From the IMG/VR virus record IMGVR_UViG_3300036763_000250: a DNA stretch of 7,394 bases. One strand, given 5' to 3'. The notes under the pieces are model-generated. The model was not told the DNA's origin and searched no databases. It saw nothing but the letters and a program-made list of their open reading frames with translations. The stretch's first letter is position 1. Each line of letters opens with the position of its first letter. Shown piece after piece: positions 5,024 to 7,394 of the stretch. The position numbers and the translations under genes are program-made. This stretch comes from a virus.

Positions 5024-5154
5024 TTCCCGACCTTAATCGCTGGCTGCTTATACAGTGCCGAAATCCTGATACATTTCTGCTTGCTTTCTGATAGCTGCAA
5101 ATCCTATGATCCTGTCCATCAAGTATTGGTTTCCTGATATTGACAGGGATTGGC
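5024..5154. promoter_or_regulatory. Divergent promoter/operator region between repressor and Rep
   Basis: The repeated motif T(C/T)CTGATA occurs at 5064-5071, 5086-5093 and 5132-5139. The related AAATCCTaTGAT is at 5099-5110, compared with AAATCCTGAT at 5061-5070. The candidate + strand promoter has -35 TTGCTT (5081-5086), an 18-nt spacer and -10 TATGAT (5105-5110). The candidate minus-strand -10 is TATAAG (5052-5047). Confidence 0.55.
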
Positions 5155-6279
5155 ATGTTCTACGATTGGATCAAGGCATATCAGGATTATGACTACGACC
5201 TTCCGAAGGTTGGTGACGTCATCTGTCGCCGCTTTGATTCCGAGACCGAAGAGCTCCTGTCAACGAGCGTTCCTGCCTTCTTTGCAGAGGGTAGCTACTG
5301 CACCACGTTCCGCATTCATGTGTGCGGGCGCCGCATCACAGTTGATGGCAATGCCTCCCGGTTAAATCGCCTGGATAACGTCTTCGGCATCGAACGTCTC
5401 GACGACTGCATGAAGGTGATTAACGCGCTGCTCGCTGAGTACGGTCTGCCGCCTATGACCAAGTGCAAGAACATCCAGCGCCTTCAAGACGGTTCGTCGA
5501 TTGCCGACGGCGCGGTTTTTCAGCGCCTCGACCTGACCAGTAATTTTTATGTAGGGCAGGGCAACGAAAGGGCGTTTCTCCGGGGTATTTCGAGCCAGCG
5601 TTTCCGTAATTCGATTGCCTATCTGTACCCCGATGGCAATACATGCGTCTGGACCCCGAAGGGCGGTGAGAAGGCCGGCTCTCTGGTTTATCCCGGTAAT
5701 TACAACAAAGCGGCTGAGTTAGACGCTCACCTGTTGCCCAAGGTCAAACGTACTTTTGGCGAAGATTCTGACGAATTCCGCTACGTGCGGGAGTTGCGCG
5801 ATCACTGTAGAGCGGTCGGCATGGTGCGTTCCGAACTCAAGTGCCGTTCGGAATATTTGAAGAGGGAAGGGCTCCGGTTTTGGGGGCTTTTCGATGAACA
5901 GAAACTTGTGGAAATCCACAGGGGGTTTCTCATGGTTGGCGAGAAGTGCGAGATCAATAATTTTGATCAACTGACAGTGGCGGACGAGCTGCTGGCCAAG
6001 GGCATTTGTGAGCACCGTAAAGCTGCAATGACTACCGCTGGTTATTCGGCGCTTTGGCAGTCTGGTCAGCAGTTTGACTTCGAAACTTCGGCTGTTAAGA
6101 AGCACCGTGCGCGCTTACGGCAGATCGGTATTGATATCAAGTTGCCGTTCGATGCTACTCGCCACGGTGTTGTTTTCATCCGCAACGTCCGCGAAATCGA
6201 GCGTGTTTTCGAGCTGCCGACTCCGGCGTTCTATCGTCCTGCCGTGATCCCGCGTCACCTGCAATTGGTGGCTGCATGA
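5155..6279 (+). CDS. Rolling-circle replication initiation protein (gene II / RstA / Phage_CRI-like)
   Basis: The 374-aa protein starts at ATG 5155, with AGGGA 5 nt upstream. The ORF-track TTG 5140 is less likely. The N-terminal FYDWI and the block ITVDGNASRLNRLDNVFG match, from memory, the IDWL and GNxSK..(G)HNVFG signatures of filamentous-phage replication proteins. It is the first gene of the + strand operon, next to the repressor as in CTXphi. Confidence 0.8.
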   Translation: MFYDWIKAYQDYDYDLPKVGDVICRRFDSETEELLSTSVPAFFAEGSYCTTFRIHVCGRRITVDGNASRLNRLDNVFGIERLDDCMKVINALLAEYGLPPMTKCKNIQRLQDGSSIADGAVFQRLDLTSNFYVGQGNERAFLRGISSQRFRNSIAYLYPDGNTCVWTPKGGEKAGSLVYPGNYNKAAELDAHLLPKVKRTFGEDSDEFRYVRELRDHCRAVGMVRSELKCRSEYLKREGLRFWGLFDEQKLVEIHRGFLMVGEKCEINNFDQLTVADELLAKGICEHRKAAMTTAGYSALWQSGQQFDFETSAVKKHRARLRQIGIDIKLPFDATRHGVVFIRNVREIERVFELPTPAFYRPAVIPRHLQLVAA

Positions 6280-6452
6280 TTATTCTCGATCGGGTTTATT
6301 GCGATCTCTGCGAGTGCAGCATGGGTCAGCTTCATGCAGCCCCTGTGCAGGCTCCCGGCCTCATCGCTGACCAGACCAAGCCACCATATTTCTGTGTCTG
6401 TCCTGACTGCCTGGACGCGGCTTGTGATGAGTGTTTCGAGGTGGCAGCATGA
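6276..6452 (+). CDS. 58-aa Cys-rich (putative zinc-ribbon) protein, absent from the supplied ORF track
   Basis: My own translation is MIILDRVYCDLCECSMGQLHAAPVQAPGLIADQTKPPYFCVCPDCLDAACDECFEVAA*. It has 8 Cys, arranged CxxCxC...CxCxxC....CxxC. ATG 6276 overlaps the Rep stop (ATGA) and its own stop overlaps the next ATG (ATGA at 6449-6452). Confidence 0.6.
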   Translation: MIILDRVYCDLCECSMGQLHAAPVQAPGLIADQTKPPYFCVCPDCLDAACDECFEVAA

Positions 6453-6769
6453 GAACGGTCAGTTTCCAGGGTACTCAGCTATCTGCTGGCCAGCGCCGTC
6501 GCCTTCAGGTCGAACGCTCAATTGTTGCTAACCACTATGCGCCTGTTGATTGGGACGCCTTCCGCGATCAGGTCAACAGCCGCATGTTTGTCGGCCCTCC
6601 GGCACCTATTGAAATTCGGCCAGAGTTCCAACCTGACCGACAGGCCGAACGTTTCTGGCGACTCGCTGCTGAGTTCAAGCGTTACGGCTATTCAGAGATT
6701 AATCAATGTGGCACGCCCTTTGTCGGTGATGCCTTCGGCTGCGGCCAATCAATAGAGGTGTATGTATGA
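6449..6769 (+). CDS. Hypothetical 106-aa protein (RstB position)
   Basis: ATG 6449 has GAGGTG 6 nt upstream. ATGA overlaps occur at both ends (6449-6452 and 6766-6769). I recognise no motif. Confidence 0.6.
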   Translation: MRTVSFQGTQLSAGQRRRLQVERSIVANHYAPVDWDAFRDQVNSRMFVGPPAPIEIRPEFQPDRQAERFWRLAAEFKRYGYSEINQCGTPFVGDAFGCGQSIEVYV

Positions 6770-7125
6770 AAATCCTTCGTGGCTTCGTTCAAGGTGTTGT
6801 TCCTATGGGCAGTCCTGAAAAGCCTTGGGCACTTGTCGGTATTAACAGCATCAGCAAAAACCGTAACGGATTCGATGAAACTGACCTTATTGAATTTATG
6901 GTTGCGGGCAAGCAATACAAAGACGGTTTGCACAACGCTTATCGTCAACTAGAAGGCACTGAAGTGTTCGCACCTTACTCCGACGAAATCGATACTTATA
7001 ACGGTAAGTCTCGTATCCGTTATGGCCTCCTGGGTGTCCCTGTTCGCCTTCAAGAAGCTCGCCCAGTTCAAGAAGCCCGACCCTCTTCCGCCACACAACA
7101 GCAACCTGCTGCTAAGGCTGGTTAA
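6766..7125 (+). CDS. Putative ssDNA-binding protein (g5p analogue)
   Basis: The 119-aa protein has SD AGAGGTG 5 nt upstream. It sits just before the small TM protein and coat genes. A globular body is followed by a flexible Pro/Gln/Ala-rich tail with the tandem QEARP-V-QEARP. From memory, the Pf1 gene 5 protein also has a P/Q-rich C-terminal tail. The assignment rests mainly on position. Confidence 0.45.
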   Translation: MKILRGFVQGVVPMGSPEKPWALVGINSISKNRNGFDETDLIEFMVAGKQYKDGLHNAYRQLEGTEVFAPYSDEIDTYNGKSRIRYGLLGVPVRLQEARPVQEARPSSATQQQPAAKAG

Positions 7126-7128
7126 TGA

Positions 7129-7169
7129 TTAATCCCCCCCTCGCAGCTCGCCTGCGAGTGGGGGATTAA
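7129..7169 (+). other. Strong 18-bp hairpin (one C:T mismatch, 5-nt loop CTCGC) directly after the ssDNA-binding protein gene
   Basis: Arms TTAATCCCCCCCTCGCAG (7129-7146) and CTGCGAGTGGGGGATTAA (7152-7169) pair. The stem is not immediately followed by a T-run; TTTTT lies at 7185-7189. Confidence 0.75.
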
Positions 7170-7256
7170 GGGGGAACTTTGGAATTTTTGGTGTGTGATG
7201 GAACGTGGATTAGAGCCGCTGGCGGTTATCTCGACTGTGACGGCACTGTCTCGACC

Positions 7257-7388
7257 ATGACGCTTCAAGAAGTGCGTGACGTTTCGTTCGCACAGATGAC
7301 CGCTGAGCAAAAAGCGCAACTAACTAGTTCGCTGCTCGGTTTCTTTTGCCTGATCTTCGTACTGATAAAACTCAGGCGTATTACTTAA
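7257..7388 (+). CDS. Small membrane protein (g7p/g9p-like minor coat or PfsE-like), start uncertain
   Basis: The ORF ends at TAA 7386-7388 (equivalent to 119-121), just before the coat gene. The C-terminal hydrophobic helix plus basic tail is LLGFFCLIFVLIKLRRIT. Possible starts are ATG 7257 (43 aa), ATG 7296 (30 aa) or upstream TTG/GTG 7179/7191. No clear SD precedes any of them. Confidence 0.5.
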   Translation: MTLQEVRDVSFAQMTAEQKAQLTSSLLGFFCLIFVLIKLRRIT

Positions 7389-7394
7389 GGAGCT
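7268..7394. repeat. Terminal direct repeat copy 2 (identical to 1-127)
   Basis: Same as copy 1. Confidence 0.95.

Larger units (their letters stand above)
1..7267 (+). mobile_element. Complete circular filamentous phage (Inoviridae) genome, one unit = 7267 bp, Pf1/CTXphi-like organisation
   Basis: An exact 127-nt terminal redundancy closes the circle. The gene set and order are Rep, ssDNA-binding protein, small TM protein, 46-aa-mature major coat, g3p-like, g6p-like and Zot-like ATPase, all on one strand. A divergent XRE repressor is also present. The size is typical of inoviruses. Confidence 0.9.

Noticed and set aside
4919-5137. 72-aa + strand ORF across the repressor 5' end and the switch region
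   Set aside because: It is antisense to the XRE gene start and runs through the promoter/operator region. It has no SD and an implausible composition.
5140-5145. Perfect TTGACA -35 hexamer just upstream of Rep
   Set aside because: It lies only 10 nt before ATG 5155. The matching -10 (TACGAT, 15-nt spacer) would start transcription inside the gene. It is more likely coincidental, or part of an operator.
5150-6105. ORFs 5150-5365 (+), 5453-5644 (-) and 5719-6105 (-) within the Rep gene
   Set aside because: They are shadow frames of the 374-aa Rep ORF, which carries family-typical motifs.
6334-6755. ORFs 6334-6531 (+), 6522-6755 (+) and the GTG 6431 start of the 106-aa ORF
   Set aside because: They are out of frame with, or extend, the ATGA-coupled chain 6276 -> 6449 -> 6766. 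Only the coupled frames have SD sequences at the correct spacing.
6703-7319. Minus-strand ORFs 6703-6948, 6896-7096 and 7122-7319
   Set aside because: They are antisense to the + strand operon. The last one runs through the big hairpin. No promoter or SD is present, and inovirus virion genes are all on one strand.
1-7394. CRISPR arrays, rRNA/tRNA genes, IS elements or transposase remnants
   Set aside because: There are no regularly spaced repeat-spacer units, no cloverleaf-capable segments and no terminal inverted repeats flanking a transposase-like ORF.

Overview
This window holds one complete, circular filamentous-phage (Inoviridae) genome of 7267 bp. Nt 1-127 recur exactly at 7268-7394, which looks like the overlap an assembler leaves on a circular contig. 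The + strand follows the classic inovirus/CTXphi order. It runs from a rolling-circle Rep (5155-6279) through a 58-aa Cys-rich ORF missed by the ORF track (6276-6452), a 106-aa ORF, a putative ssDNA-binding protein, a strong hairpin and a small membrane protein. It then continues with the major coat protein (133-369), a terminator, a g3p-like adsorption protein, a g6p-like protein and a Zot/g1p assembly ATPase (2239-3453). An XRE/Cro-CI repressor (4667-4996, minus) is transcribed divergently from Rep. There is no integrase and no pIV secretin. The unusual part is 3463-4666, between zot and the repressor, where CTXphi carries ctxAB. (1) Two dif-like sites in inverted orientation can fold, on the packaged + strand, into a CTXphi-type XerCD attP hairpin. 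(2) Two convergent orphan genes (75 aa and 178 aa) have overlapping stop codons. (3) A CGTAACG-core motif is enriched more than 10-fold. It forms three iterons over the 178-aa gene's promoter and two exact 21-bp copies inside that gene. (4) A GC-rich, repeat- and hairpin-laden 225-nt non-coding block is a candidate origin, packaging signal or ncRNA. All functional calls rest on reading the translations, gene order and motifs by eye. No database search was possible.
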